The notes beneath the pieces are model-generated. The model was given only the letters and a program-made list of their open reading frames with translations. It was not told the origin of the DNA and did not search any database. Positions 1 to 9,315 of a DNA stretch of 64,000 nucleotides are shown piece by piece (within the stretch, counting starts at the first letter, position 1; each line of letters starts with the position of its first letter). This DNA comes from Steroidobacteraceae bacterium. Its GTDB lineage: Bacteria > Pseudomonadota > Gammaproteobacteria > Steroidobacterales > Steroidobacteraceae. The stretch is taken from positions 1,050,458 through 1,114,457 of the forward strand of contig JAXMGT010000001.1 in assembly GCA_046347155.1 (NCBI GenBank), written 5' to 3'. A program made the translations under genes and the position numbers.

Positions 1-2756
1 AGATCGGCAAGGTCGACTCGGCCGCCGAACCGATCATGTTCGTGAACCTCTCGAGCAGCACGATGAGCGTGCTCGAGCTCACGGACTACGCCGAGCGCGT
101 GCTCACCGAGCGGCTCGGCGTGGTGCCGGGCGTCGCCCGCGTGCGCCTGAGCGGCGCCCGCCGCTACGCGATGCGCGTGTGGATCGACCGCGAGGCGCTC
201 GCGGCGCGCCAGCTCACGGTCACCGACATCGAGAACGCGCTGCGCCGCGAGAACGTGCAGCTGCCCGCCGGCCGGCTCGAGTCGTCGCAGCGCGAACTCA
301 CGCTCAGGACCGACACGCAGCTCAACACCGAGCAGGACTTCCGGGAGCTGCCGATCGGGCGCGGCCCGGACGGCTACGTCGTGCGGCTCGGCGAGGTTTC
401 GGACGTGCGCCTCGCGGCCGAGAACGAGCGCACCGTCTCGAGGTCGAACGGCGTCCCGGGCATCAGCCTCGGCATCGAGCAGGTCTCGAAGGCGAACACG
501 CTCGAGGTCGCCAACGCGGTGCGCGCCGAGCTCGAACGCCTGCGCCCCGAACTCCCCCCGGGCACCTCGCTCGACATCAACCTCGACCGCTCGACGTTCA
601 TCAGCGAGTCGATGAAGGAAGTCGTCGAGGCGCTCGCGGTCGCGCTCGCGCTGGTGCTCGCGGTGATCTACCTGTTCCTCGGCAACCTGCGCGCGATGCT
701 GATCCCGGCCGTGACGATCCCCGTGTCGATCGTGGCCGCGTTCATCGTGATGGCCGCGATGGGCTTCTCGATCAACATCCTGACGCTGCTCGGGCTGGTG
801 CTCGCGATCGGCCTCGTGGTCGACGACTCGATCATCGTGCTCGAGAACATCTACCGGCGCGTCGAGTCCGGCGAGCCGCCGCTGCTCGCGTCCGTCGAGG
901 GCAGCCGCGAGATCGGCTTCGCGGTGATCGCGACGACCGCGGTGCTCACGGCCGTGTTCCTGCCGATCTCGTTCCTGCAGGGCAACGTCGGGCAGCTGTT
1001 CCGGGAGTTCGGCTTCACGATCGCGTCGGCGATCGTGTTCTCCTCGTTCGTCGCGCTGACGCTGACGCCGATGATGTGCTCGAAGCTGCTGCACACGGGC
1101 GAGCGCCACTCCGGCTTCGCCGAGGCGGTGGACCGGGCGTTCCGCGCCATCTCGCAGGGCTACGAGTCCGGGCTGCGCCGCGTGATGCGCCGGCCGTGGC
1201 TCGTGGTCGTGGCGGCGCTCGCCGCGGTCGGACTCTCGGCCCTGCTGTTCCGCGGGATCCCGACCGAGCTCGCGCCCTCCGAGGACCGGGGGATGATCTT
1301 CTACACGCTCACGGCGCCGGAAGGCGCCTCGCTCGAGTACATGGACCGCCACGCGCGCATGGCCGAGGACGTCGTCGGGCCGCTGCGGGCGAACGGCGAG
1401 GTCGTGCGCGGCCTCACCCGGATACCGGGCGGCTTCGGCGGCGCGACGGAGCTCAACGTCGCCCGCGGCTTCCTGCTGCTCGCGCCCTGGGGCGAGCGGG
1501 ACCGCAGCGCGGACGAGATCGCCCAGGACCTGCGCCGGCAGCTCGAGGCGATCCCCGGCGTGCGCTCGAACGTGGGGCTGTACGGCGGCCTCAGCCGCGG
1601 CGCCGGCACGCCGGTGCAGGTCGTGCTCGGTGGCACCGAGTACGCGGACCTCGTGAAGTGGCGCGACCTGCTCATGCAGCGCATGCAGGACAACCCGGGC
1701 CTCGCGAACGTGCAGTCGAACTACGAGGAGCGCAAGCCGCAGGTCGAGGTGGCCGTGGACCGCGACCGCGCCGCCGACCTCGGCGTGTCGCTGGCGACCG
1801 TCGGGCGCACGCTCGAGACCGTGCTCGGTTCGCGGATCGTGACGACCTACGTGGACCGCGACCGCGAGTACAACGTGATCCTGCAGGGCAAGGCCGAGGA
1901 CCGGGCCACGCCGGCGGACCTCGACAACCTGTACGTGCGCTCGGACCGCACCGGCGAGCTGATCCCGCTCGCGAACCTCGTGACGCTGAAGGAGGACGCG
2001 GGCCCGATGCGGCTCAACCGCTTCGACCGGCTGCGCTCGATCACGGTGTCCGCCGCGCTCACGCCGGGCTACACGCTCGGCGAGGCGCTCGGCTACGTCG
2101 AGAAAGTCGTCAAGGACGAGCTGCCGCCGGCCGTGCGGCTCAGCTACGACGGCGCGTCGCGCGACTTCAAGGAGTCCGGCGGGCAGCTGTACTTCATGTT
2201 CGTGATGGCGATGCTCGTGGTGTTCCTGGTGCTCGCCGCGCAGTTCGAGAGCTTCCTGCACCCGTTCGTCATCATGACGACGGTGCCGCTCGCGGTGGTC
2301 GGTGCGCTGGTGGGCCTGTGGCTCTACGGGATGTCGATCAACGTGTTCAGCCAGATCGCCGCGATCATGCTGGTCGGGCTCGCCGCCAAGAACGGCATCC
2401 TGATCGTCGAGTTCGCGAACCAGCTCCGCGACCGCGGCGTCGATTACCGCGAGGCCGTCATCGAGGCCGCGGCGATCCGGCTGCGACCGGTGCTGATGAC
2501 GAGCTTCTGCACCGCGTTCGGCGCGTTGCCCCTGCTCGTCGCGACCGGTGCCGGCGCCGAGTCCCGGCAGCCGATCGGCGTGGTGGTCTTCTACGGCGTC
2601 GTGATCTCGGTGCTGCTCACGCTGGTCGTCGTGCCGGCCGTCTATTCGATCGTCGCGCGCAACACGCGTTCGCCGCAGGCGATCTCGAAGATGCTGGACA
2701 AGCTGCGTGCGGCGGCGCGCCCGGCCGGGACGCCGGTGGAGCCGACCGACGGCTGA
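1..2756 (+). CDS. RND efflux transporter permease (AcrB/HAE1-like), 5'-truncated by the window edge
   Basis: The 906-aa ORF (36..2756) stays open to the window start. It has the typical RND periplasmic loops and TM bundles (VVDDSIIVLENI, AAKNGILIVEFAN). About 120 aa of a ~1030-aa protein are missing. Confidence 0.9.
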   Translation, partial: IGKVDSAAEPIMFVNLSSSTMSVLELTDYAERVLTERLGVVPGVARVRLSGARRYAMRVWIDREALAARQLTVTDIENALRRENVQLPAGRLESSQRELTLRTDTQLNTEQDFRELPIGRGPDGYVVRLGEVSDVRLAAENERTVSRSNGVPGISLGIEQVSKANTLEVANAVRAELERLRPELPPGTSLDINLDRSTFISESMKEVVEALAVALALVLAVIYLFLGNLRAMLIPAVTIPVSIVAAFIVMAAMGFSINILTLLGLVLAIGLVVDDSIIVLENIYRRVESGEPPLLASVEGSREIGFAVIATTAVLTAVFLPISFLQGNVGQLFREFGFTIASAIVFSSFVALTLTPMMCSKLLHTGERHSGFAEAVDRAFRAISQGYESGLRRVMRRPWLVVVAALAAVGLSALLFRGIPTELAPSEDRGMIFYTLTAPEGASLEYMDRHARMAEDVVGPLRANGEVVRGLTRIPGGFGGATELNVARGFLLLAPWGERDRSADEIAQDLRRQLEAIPGVRSNVGLYGGLSRGAGTPVQVVLGGTEYADLVKWRDLLMQRMQDNPGLANVQSNYEERKPQVEVAVDRDRAADLGVSLATVGRTLETVLGSRIVTTYVDRDREYNVILQGKAEDRATPADLDNLYVRSDRTGELIPLANLVTLKEDAGPMRLNRFDRLRSITVSAALTPGYTLGEALGYVEKVVKDELPPAVRLSYDGASRDFKESGGQLYFMFVMAMLVVFLVLAAQFESFLHPFVIMTTVPLAVVGALVGLWLYGMSINVFSQIAAIMLVGLAAKNGILIVEFANQLRDRGVDYREAVIEAAAIRLRPVLMTSFCTAFGALPLLVATGAGAESRQPIGVVVFYGVVISVLLTLVVVPAVYSIVARNTRSPQAISKMLDKLRAAARPAGTPVEPTDG

Positions 2757-2901
2757 GCGCGCCGGCTGCAGTGGGCGCGATTTCGCAAGCCACTGATTAA
2801 TAACATTAAAAGGCCATCCGGCCCGGCGCACTCGGGCGTGCGGGGCCGGGCGGCTTGCTAGAATCCGGTCGTCCCGGCCCAAGACCGTCGCGGACACAGC
2901 C

Positions 2902-4407
2902 ATGGCCCAGACGCCCTACCAGCAGCTCGAACAGGAGTTCCGCCGACTGCACGCCTTCCGGGGCGCGGCGAGCCTGTTGCGCTGGGACGCCGCCGTGATG
3001 ATGCCGCGCGGCAGCGCGGACGTGCGGGGCGAGCAGCTCGCCGCGCTCGATTCCGAGTGCCACGCGCTGCTCACCTCGCCCAGGGTGTCGAGACTGATCG
3101 AGCGGGCCCAGGCCGCGGAGGCGCAGCTCGAGGACTGGCAGCTCGCGAACCTGCGCGAGATGCGGCGCGAGCGGGACCACGCGATCGCGACGCCGCTCAC
3201 GCTGGTCATGAGGCTCGCGCGCGCCACCTCGATCGCCGAGGTGCGCTGGCTCGAGGCCAAGCAGGAGAACAACTTCGCGCTCTTCGCGCCGCACCTCGAG
3301 GAGGTCGTGGCACTCACGCGCGACAAGGCGCAGGTGCTCTCGCAGGCGCTCGGCCTCGCGCCGTACGACTCGCTGATCGACGGGTTCAGCCCGGGGTTCC
3401 TGAGCGCCGAGATCGACCAGCTGTTCCGGGCCACCTCCCGCAGGCTGCCGAACCTGATCCGCGAGGCGATCGAGTTGCAGGCGTCCCGTGACGTGTTGCC
3501 GATCGCCGGGAAGGTGAGCGTCACGAAGCAGCGCTCGCTCGCGATCGAGGTGATGCGCGCGCTCGGCTTCCCGTTCGATCGCGGCCGCCTCGACGAGAGC
3601 GACCATCCGATGACGGAGGGCGTGCCGGGCGACGTGCGTGTGACGACCCGTTTCGAGCTGCGCGATCCGTTCGCCGGCCTGATGGGCGTGCTGCACGAGA
3701 CCGGCCAGGCGCTCTACGACCTCGGCCTGCCGGAGGCCTGGCGCGACCAGCCGGTTGGCCGGGAGCGCGGCATGGCGCTCGACGAAAGCCAGTCGCTCCT
3801 GCTCGAGATGGTGATCGGTCGCAGCCGCCCGTTCCTCGCCTGGCTCCGGCCGCTGCTCGAGAAGCACTACGGCTCGACCGGCCCTGAATGGGACGTCGAG
3901 AACCTGTACCAGACGCTGATCCGCGTGAGGCGTGGCGCGATCCGGGTCGAGGCCGACGAGCTCACGTATCCGGTGCACATCCAGCTGCGCTACGAGCTCG
4001 AGAAGCGCATTTTCGACGGCACGTTGCCGGTGCGCGACGTGCCGGAGGCGTGGCGCGAAGGCCTCGAGGAACGACTCGGGCTCAAGCCTTCGGGCGATGC
4101 CGAGGGCTGCCTGCAGGACGTGCACTGGGCAAGCGGCTGGTTCGGTTACTTCCCGTCCTACGCGCTCGGCGGGTTCATCGCGGCGCAGTTCTACGAGCGG
4201 CTGCGCAGCGACCTCCCGGAGCTCGACCGCGACATCGAGGCCGGCCGCTTCGGGGCGATGATCGACTGGCTGCGCGAGCACGTGCACCGGCAGGGTGCGA
4301 GCCTCGGTGCGCAGGAGCTGATCCGCAAGGCCACCGGCCGAACCCTCACGGCGGCGCCGTGGCTCCGTTACGTCGAGGGCAAGTACCTCGAGCCGTCGGC
4401 CGGCTGA
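2902..4407 (+). CDS. M32 (carboxypeptidase Taq-like) family protein with a non-canonical metal site
   Basis: 501 aa. Family motifs are present in order: HPM(T) for [11 protein letters not shown] (DxRxT), HETGQ in place of HEXXH, LDESQS in place of IHESQS, and GCLQDVHW (GxxQDxHW). Confidence 0.85.
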   Translation: MAQTPYQQLEQEFRRLHAFRGAASLLRWDAAVMMPRGSADVRGEQLAALDSECHALLTSPRVSRLIERAQAAEAQLEDWQLANLREMRRERDHAIATPLTLVMRLARATSIAEVRWLEAKQENNFALFAPHLEEVVALTRDKAQVLSQALGLAPYDSLIDGFSPGFLSAEIDQLFRATSRRLPNLIREAIELQASRDVLPIAGKVSVTKQRSLAIEVMRALGFPFDRGRLDESDHPMTEGVPGDVRVTTRFELRDPFAGLMGVLHETGQALYDLGLPEAWRDQPVGRERGMALDESQSLLLEMVIGRSRPFLAWLRPLLEKHYGSTGPEWDVENLYQTLIRVRRGAIRVEADELTYPVHIQLRYELEKRIFDGTLPVRDVPEAWREGLEERLGLKPSGDAEGCLQDVHWASGWFGYFPSYALGGFIAAQFYERLRSDLPELDRDIEAGRFGAMIDWLREHVHRQGASLGAQELIRKATGRTLTAAPWLRYVEGKYLEPSAG

Positions 4408-4417
4408 CCGCACGACC

Positions 4418-5269
4418 GTGGCCGCCGTCCTGAAGCGCCCGTCCGCGACGTTCAAGCGCCTGCAGGCCCGGCTGCGCGGGCAGGTCGGCAAGGCGATCGA
4501 CGACTACCGGATGATCGGTGAAGGCGACCGTGTGATGGTCTGCCTGTCGGGCGGCAAGGACTCCTATACGCTGCTCAACGTGCTGCTGTCGCTCCAGCGC
4601 AGCGCGCCCGTGGCGTTCGAACTGGTCGCCGTGAACCTGGACCAGAAGCAGCCGGGGTTCCCGGCGAACGTGCTGCCCGAATACCTGGCCGGGATCGGCG
4701 TGCCGTACGAGATCCTCGAGCAGGACACCTACAGCGTCGTGAAGCGGGTCGTGCCCGAGGGCCGCACGATGTGCGGGCTCTGCTCGCGCCTGCGCCGGGG
4801 GCGGCTGTACCGTTACGCGGCCGAGAACGGCATCACGAAGATCGCGCTCGGCCACCACCGCGACGACATCGTCGAGACGCTGTTCCTGAACCTGTTCTTC
4901 GGCGGCCGCCTCAAGGCGATGCCGCCCAAGCTGCTGTCCGAGGACGGCCGGCACGTCGTGATCCGGCCGCTCGCGTACGTGTCCGAGCGCGAGATCGAAC
5001 GTTATGCGCGGGCCCGCGCATTCCCGATCATCCCGTGCCGGCTGTGCGGGTCGCAGGACAACCTGCAGCGGGTCGCCGTGAAGAAGATGCTCGCGGACTG
5101 GGAGCGCGACTCGCCGGGCCGGACGGAGTCGATCTTCTCGGCGCTCAGGAACGTGTCCGCGTCGCATCTCGCGGACACGGCGCTTTTCGACTTCGCCGGG
5201 CTCGACGCAGCGAGGGAGGCCGCGGCGACCACCCGGGCAACCGACCTCGAACCCTGGGACGAGGACTAG
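4418..5269 (+). CDS. ttcA: tRNA 2-thiocytidine(32) synthetase TtcA
   Basis: PP-loop SGGKDS, CxxC pairs (CGLCSRL, CRLCGS), and an N-terminus colinear with E. coli TtcA ([28 protein letters not shown]). GTG start. Confidence 0.9.
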   Translation: MAAVLKRPSATFKRLQARLRGQVGKAIDDYRMIGEGDRVMVCLSGGKDSYTLLNVLLSLQRSAPVAFELVAVNLDQKQPGFPANVLPEYLAGIGVPYEILEQDTYSVVKRVVPEGRTMCGLCSRLRRGRLYRYAAENGITKIALGHHRDDIVETLFLNLFFGGRLKAMPPKLLSEDGRHVVIRPLAYVSEREIERYARARAFPIIPCRLCGSQDNLQRVAVKKMLADWERDSPGRTESIFSALRNVSASHLADTALFDFAGLDAAREAAATTRATDLEPWDED

Positions 5270-5290
5270 CCCGGAGACGCCGCTGTCCGG

Positions 5291-6739
5291 TTACGCGCGT
5301 GGCCGCACCCGGCTGTGCCGGTAGCCGTAGCCGAAATAGACCGCGAAGCCGACCGCCGTCCACACGGCGAGCCGTATCCACGTGTCCTGCGGCAGGAACA
5401 GCGTGAGCCCGAGGCACATCAGCACGCCTGCGATGCAGGTCACGTGCGCGAGCGGCACGCGGAACGGCCGCGGCGCCTCCGGCATCGTGTAGCGCAGCAC
5501 CAGAACGCCCGCGCAGACGGCCGTGAACGCGAGCAGGATGCCGATCGACACGAGTTCGCCGAGCACGTCGATCGGAAAGATCCCGGCGAAGAACGCCGCG
5601 ATCACGCCCGTGATGATCGTCGCGAAGCCGGGCGTCTGGTACTTCGGGTGCACCTTCTGCAGCGACGGCGGCAGCAACCCGTCGCGCGACATCGCCATGA
5701 AGATGCGCGGCTGGCCGAGGATGGACATCAGGATCACCGAGGTCATCCCGACGATCGCACCGATCTTCACCGGCAGCCCCAGCCAGAAGATCGCCGGGTG
5801 CGCGTCCAGTGCGACCGCGACCGGCGCCGGCACGTCGAGCTGCGTGTAACTCACCATGCCGGTCATCACGGCCGCCATTGCCACGTATAGCACCGTCGAG
5901 ATGATCAGCGCGCCGATGATGCCGAGCGGCACGTCCCGCTGCGGATTGCGGGCCTCCTGCGCCGTCGTCGCGGCCGTGTCGAAACCGATGTAGGCGAAGT
6001 AGATGATCGCCGCGCCCTGCATGACGCCGCTGAGCCCGAAATGACCACGCTCGCCGGTGTTCGGTGGCAGGTACGGGTGCCAGTTCGAGGTGTCGATGAA
6101 GGCGATGCCGACGACGATGAACAGCACGATGATCGCGACCTTGATCACGACCATCACGTTGTTGAGCGCGGCCGACTGGCGGATGCCGACGTAGCAGAGC
6201 CACGTCAGCGCGACGACGATCAGCACGGCCGGCAGGTTCACGACCGCCCCGGTCGCGACCAGCACGTGCCCGGCCGTCTTTGCGACCGGTGCGTTCACGA
6301 GCGCGGCCGGCAGCGTGATCCCGGCCTCGGTGGCGAGGTTCACGACGTAGCCGGACCATCCGACGGCGACCGTCGCGGCGGACATCATGTACTCGAGCGC
6401 GAGGTTCCACCCGACGAACCACGCCAGCCCCTCGCCGAGTGTCGCGTACGTGTAACTGTAGGCGCTGCCGGCCACCGGGATCAGCGCCGCGAGTTCGGCG
6501 TAACAGATCGCCGCGAGACCGCAGCCGACCGCGGCCACGAGGAAAGCGAGCGTGACGGCCGGGCCCGTGTGCTCGGCGGCGACGGTGCCCGCCAGTACGA
6601 AGATGCCGCTGCCGATCATCGATCCAAGGCCGATCGAGGTCAGCGTCCGGGCATTCAGCACGCGGGCCAGCCGCGGCCCTTCCTCGACTTCGCGCACGAT
6701 GCTGGACACGGGCTTTCGTGCCAGGAGTTGCTTGAGCAC
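5291..6739 (-). CDS. APC-family amino acid permease
   Basis: About 12 TM segments and an N-terminal SIGLGSMIGSGIF motif typical of amino-acid/polyamine transporters. I prefer the GTG start at 6739, preceded by GAGGGGGA. The ORF track's longest start is 6781. Confidence 0.85.
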   Translation of the reverse strand: MLKQLLARKPVSSIVREVEEGPRLARVLNARTLTSIGLGSMIGSGIFVLAGTVAAEHTGPAVTLAFLVAAVGCGLAAICYAELAALIPVAGSAYSYTYATLGEGLAWFVGWNLALEYMMSAATVAVGWSGYVVNLATEAGITLPAALVNAPVAKTAGHVLVATGAVVNLPAVLIVVALTWLCYVGIRQSAALNNVMVVIKVAIIVLFIVVGIAFIDTSNWHPYLPPNTGERGHFGLSGVMQGAAIIYFAYIGFDTAATTAQEARNPQRDVPLGIIGALIISTVLYVAMAAVMTGMVSYTQLDVPAPVAVALDAHPAIFWLGLPVKIGAIVGMTSVILMSILGQPRIFMAMSRDGLLPPSLQKVHPKYQTPGFATIITGVIAAFFAGIFPIDVLGELVSIGILLAFTAVCAGVLVLRYTMPEAPRPFRVPLAHVTCIAGVLMCLGLTLFLPQDTWIRLAVWTAVGFAVYFGYGYRHSRVRPRA

Positions 6740-6820
6740 CGGTTCGTCCCCCTCGATCCTGTTATCGCGCAAGTCTCTCACGGCACGTCACGGCGCGCAG
6801 CCCCGGTGCACGCCTGCCGT

Positions 6821-8296
6821 ATGATGCGCGCCATGGTGGATGCGCAGTCAGGCGGGACCGACGCTGCGGAGCGGCCCCTGCCCGAGACCTACTGGGTGGA
6901 GCCGGGACGCCTGCTGGTCGGCGAGTACCCGGGCTCGGCATCGCGCGCCGCGGCAATGGACCGCCTGCGGCGGTTCATGCAGGCCGGCGTCAGCTGTTTC
7001 GTGGACCTGACCGTGCCGGGCGAACTGCCGCCCTACGAGCCGCTGCTGCCGGTCGAGACGCCGGGCGGCCGGACCGTCGCGTACCGGCGTGAGCCGATTC
7101 CCGACCACGGCGTGCCGGCCGGCCGCGAAGCGATGCGGCAGGTGATCGCCACGATCGACGAGGCGCTCGCCGAGGGTCACGTCGTCTACCTGCATTGTCG
7201 GGCGGGCATCGGTCGCAGTGCGCTGGTGGCCGGCTGCTGGCTCGCCAGCCGGCGCGACAGTACCGGGCGTGCGATCGCCGAGTTGCAGGCCTGCTGGCGG
7301 CAGTCGGCGCGTTCGGCCGACTGGCCACGGGTGCCCGAAACGGTCGAGCAGGCTGCCTTCCTCGAAGGCTGGCCGGCCGGCGCAGCGCGCCCCACCGGCC
7401 GTCCGTCCGCGGACGGCCAGGAGGCCAGGCTGCTCGGTGCGTTCTTCGGGCTCGCGGCGGGCGAGGCCGCCGGCGATGCCCGCGAGCGGGGCATCGCCGA
7501 CGCGGGCCGCTGGGGCCAGCACACCGCGCTCACGCTGTGCCTGGCCGACAGCCTCGTCGAGTGCAGCGGTTTCGATGCGCGGGACCAGATCGAGCGGTAC
7601 CTGCGCTGGATGAAGGAAGGTTCGCCGTCGCCCGACGGCCAGCCCGGCGAGCCGACGCCGGACGTCACCCGGGCCCTTGCGACGTACCAGTGGCGCGGCC
7701 AGGCGATGGCCGGCCCGCACGACCCGGGCGACCGCAGCACCTCGAGCCTGCCGCGGGTGCTCGCCGCGGTGGCGTGGGCGGGGCCGGACGTGGATGCGGG
7801 TGTCCGGCTGGCGGCCGAGTGTTCGCGCACGACGCACCAGTCCCCGGTGGTGCTGGACGCCTGTCGCTACTGGGGCGCGGTGCTCGACGGCGCACTCGGG
7901 GGCGCGACTGGCGCCGAACTCGCCGCGGATCCCTACGAACCCGTCCCCGGCTTGTGGGCCCGACGGCCAATCCGGCCCGCGATCCTCGAACAACTGTGCG
8001 GCGGCGCCCGCGGGGCGCCTGCCGCGCAGCGCGTCGTGGACGCGGTCGAGGCCCTGAAGCGTGCCCGTGCGGCCGCGACGTCGTCGTCGGATGTCGACGA
8101 CGCGATCGCTCGCGCGATCGCGGGCGCCGTCGAGCCGGCCGTCGAGGCGGCCCTCGCGGGGTCGCTCGCCGGCGCGATCCACGGCGTCGACGGGATCGCG
8201 ACGGCAACGCTGGAACGGATCGAACGCGGGGACCTGGTCGAGGCCGCCTGCCGGCGGATCGCGCGACGCGCGCGCGGGCCGGGGTCCGGCCCGTGA
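6821..8296 (+). CDS. Fusion protein: dual-specificity/tyrosine phosphatase domain (CX5R) plus a divergent ADP-ribosylglycohydrolase-like domain
   Basis: P-loop VYLHCRAGIGRS at 7193..7219. C-terminal region resembles ARH/DraG (LLGAFFGLAAGEAAGD ... TALTLCLADSL ... TTHQSP ... LAGSLAGAIHG). The upstream 260 aa of ORF 6041..8296 are antisense to the permease and were discarded. Confidence 0.75.
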   Translation: MMRAMVDAQSGGTDAAERPLPETYWVEPGRLLVGEYPGSASRAAAMDRLRRFMQAGVSCFVDLTVPGELPPYEPLLPVETPGGRTVAYRREPIPDHGVPAGREAMRQVIATIDEALAEGHVVYLHCRAGIGRSALVAGCWLASRRDSTGRAIAELQACWRQSARSADWPRVPETVEQAAFLEGWPAGAARPTGRPSADGQEARLLGAFFGLAAGEAAGDARERGIADAGRWGQHTALTLCLADSLVECSGFDARDQIERYLRWMKEGSPSPDGQPGEPTPDVTRALATYQWRGQAMAGPHDPGDRSTSSLPRVLAAVAWAGPDVDAGVRLAAECSRTTHQSPVVLDACRYWGAVLDGALGGATGAELAADPYEPVPGLWARRPIRPAILEQLCGGARGAPAAQRVVDAVEALKRARAAATSSSDVDDAIARAIAGAVEPAVEAALAGSLAGAIHGVDGIATATLERIERGDLVEAACRRIARRARGPGSGP

Positions 8297-9315
8297 CCCG
8301 CCGCGAGCCGGCGTGGGCGCGACTCGACGACGAGGCCTTGCTCGACAAGCGCTTCTGCGACCTGCGGCTCGCATTGTCCGGCACCTGGATCGAGGACGCC
8401 GTCCGCAGGCTCTACGCCGAACTCGCGGCCAAGGGCATCCGGTTCCGGCCGCACGTGTGGTTGTCCGAGGAATGGTTCTCGCCGGACGGCATCCCGGGGA
8501 TCGCGATCCCGTTCTACCTGGCGCACCCGAGGCTCATGCGCCTGGAGCGCCGTTACATGCTCGAGGCCGAGGGCGGCAACGACAAGTGGCTCATGCGCAT
8601 CCTGCGTCACGAGACGGGGCACGCGATCGACACGGCGTTCGCGCTGCGCCGGCGCAAAGCCTGGCGTCGCGTGTTCGGCAAGGCGTCGCGGCGCTACCCG
8701 TCGCGCTATTCGCCACGGCCGGCCAGCCTGCGCTACGTGCTGCACCTCGGGCACTGGTACGCACAGAGCCACCCGACCGAGGACTTCGCCGAGACATTCG
8801 CCGTGTGGCTGCCGCGGCGTTCGCGCTGGCGCAGCCAGTACGCCGGCTGGCCGGCGCTCGCCAAGCTCGAGTTCGTCGACGAGACCATGCGCGGGCTCGA
8901 GGGCCGCCGGGCCGTCCGTCTCTCGCGCGAGACGGTCGAACCGCTGCACCTCGACACCCGGACGCTGCGCGAACACTACCGCCGCAAGCGCGCGCGCTAC
9001 GAGGCCGACCTCGGGCGTGACTACGACAGGCGCCTGCTGCGGGTGTTCGGCCGGCCGGCGGCGCACCCGCGCGGCATCGCGGCCAGCCGCTTCCTGCGCG
9101 AGGTCCGCCCGCAGCTGCGCCGGCTGCTGGTGCGGCGTGCGCGCATGCACCCATACCTCGTGAGCCACGTGCTGCGCACCGCGACGCAGCGCGCGCGGGC
9201 GATGGACCTCCGGCTCAAGGCGAGCCAGCGCGACACCAAGAGGGCCGTGCTCGGCATGCTCGAGCGCATCCTGCTCGAGATCCTGACGCGCGACCGGGAG
9301 AACTACGCACTATGA
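8293..9315 (+). CDS. Putative zinc-binding metallopeptidase-like protein (HExxH)
   Basis: HETGH at 8608..8622 with a downstream EDFAETFA acidic ligand candidate. The GTG start overlaps the upstream stop (GTGA at 8293..8296). It corresponds to the last 340 aa of ORF 7195..9315. Confidence 0.75.
   Translation: MTRREPAWARLDDEALLDKRFCDLRLALSGTWIEDAVRRLYAELAAKGIRFRPHVWLSEEWFSPDGIPGIAIPFYLAHPRLMRLERRYMLEAEGGNDKWLMRILRHETGHAIDTAFALRRRKAWRRVFGKASRRYPSRYSPRPASLRYVLHLGHWYAQSHPTEDFAETFAVWLPRRSRWRSQYAGWPALAKLEFVDETMRGLEGRRAVRLSRETVEPLHLDTRTLREHYRRKRARYEADLGRDYDRRLLRVFGRPAAHPRGIAASRFLREVRPQLRRLLVRRARMHPYLVSHVLRTATQRARAMDLRLKASQRDTKRAVLGMLERILLEILTRDRENYAL

Noticed and set aside
179-2800. 873-aa +2-frame ORF over the first RND gene
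   Set aside because: It is an Arg/Pro/Ala/Gly-rich alternate frame of a clear RND permease.
6041-6820. N-terminal 260-aa extension of ORF 6041..8296, and similar 5' extensions of ORFs 7195, 9959, 19541, 22365, 30280, 32569, 42992, 49112, 49891, 56010 and 57389
   Set aside because: The extensions run through neighbouring genes on either strand and have artefactual composition. In each case the recognisable protein begins at an internal start, often with an SD or a 4-nt overlap with the upstream stop.
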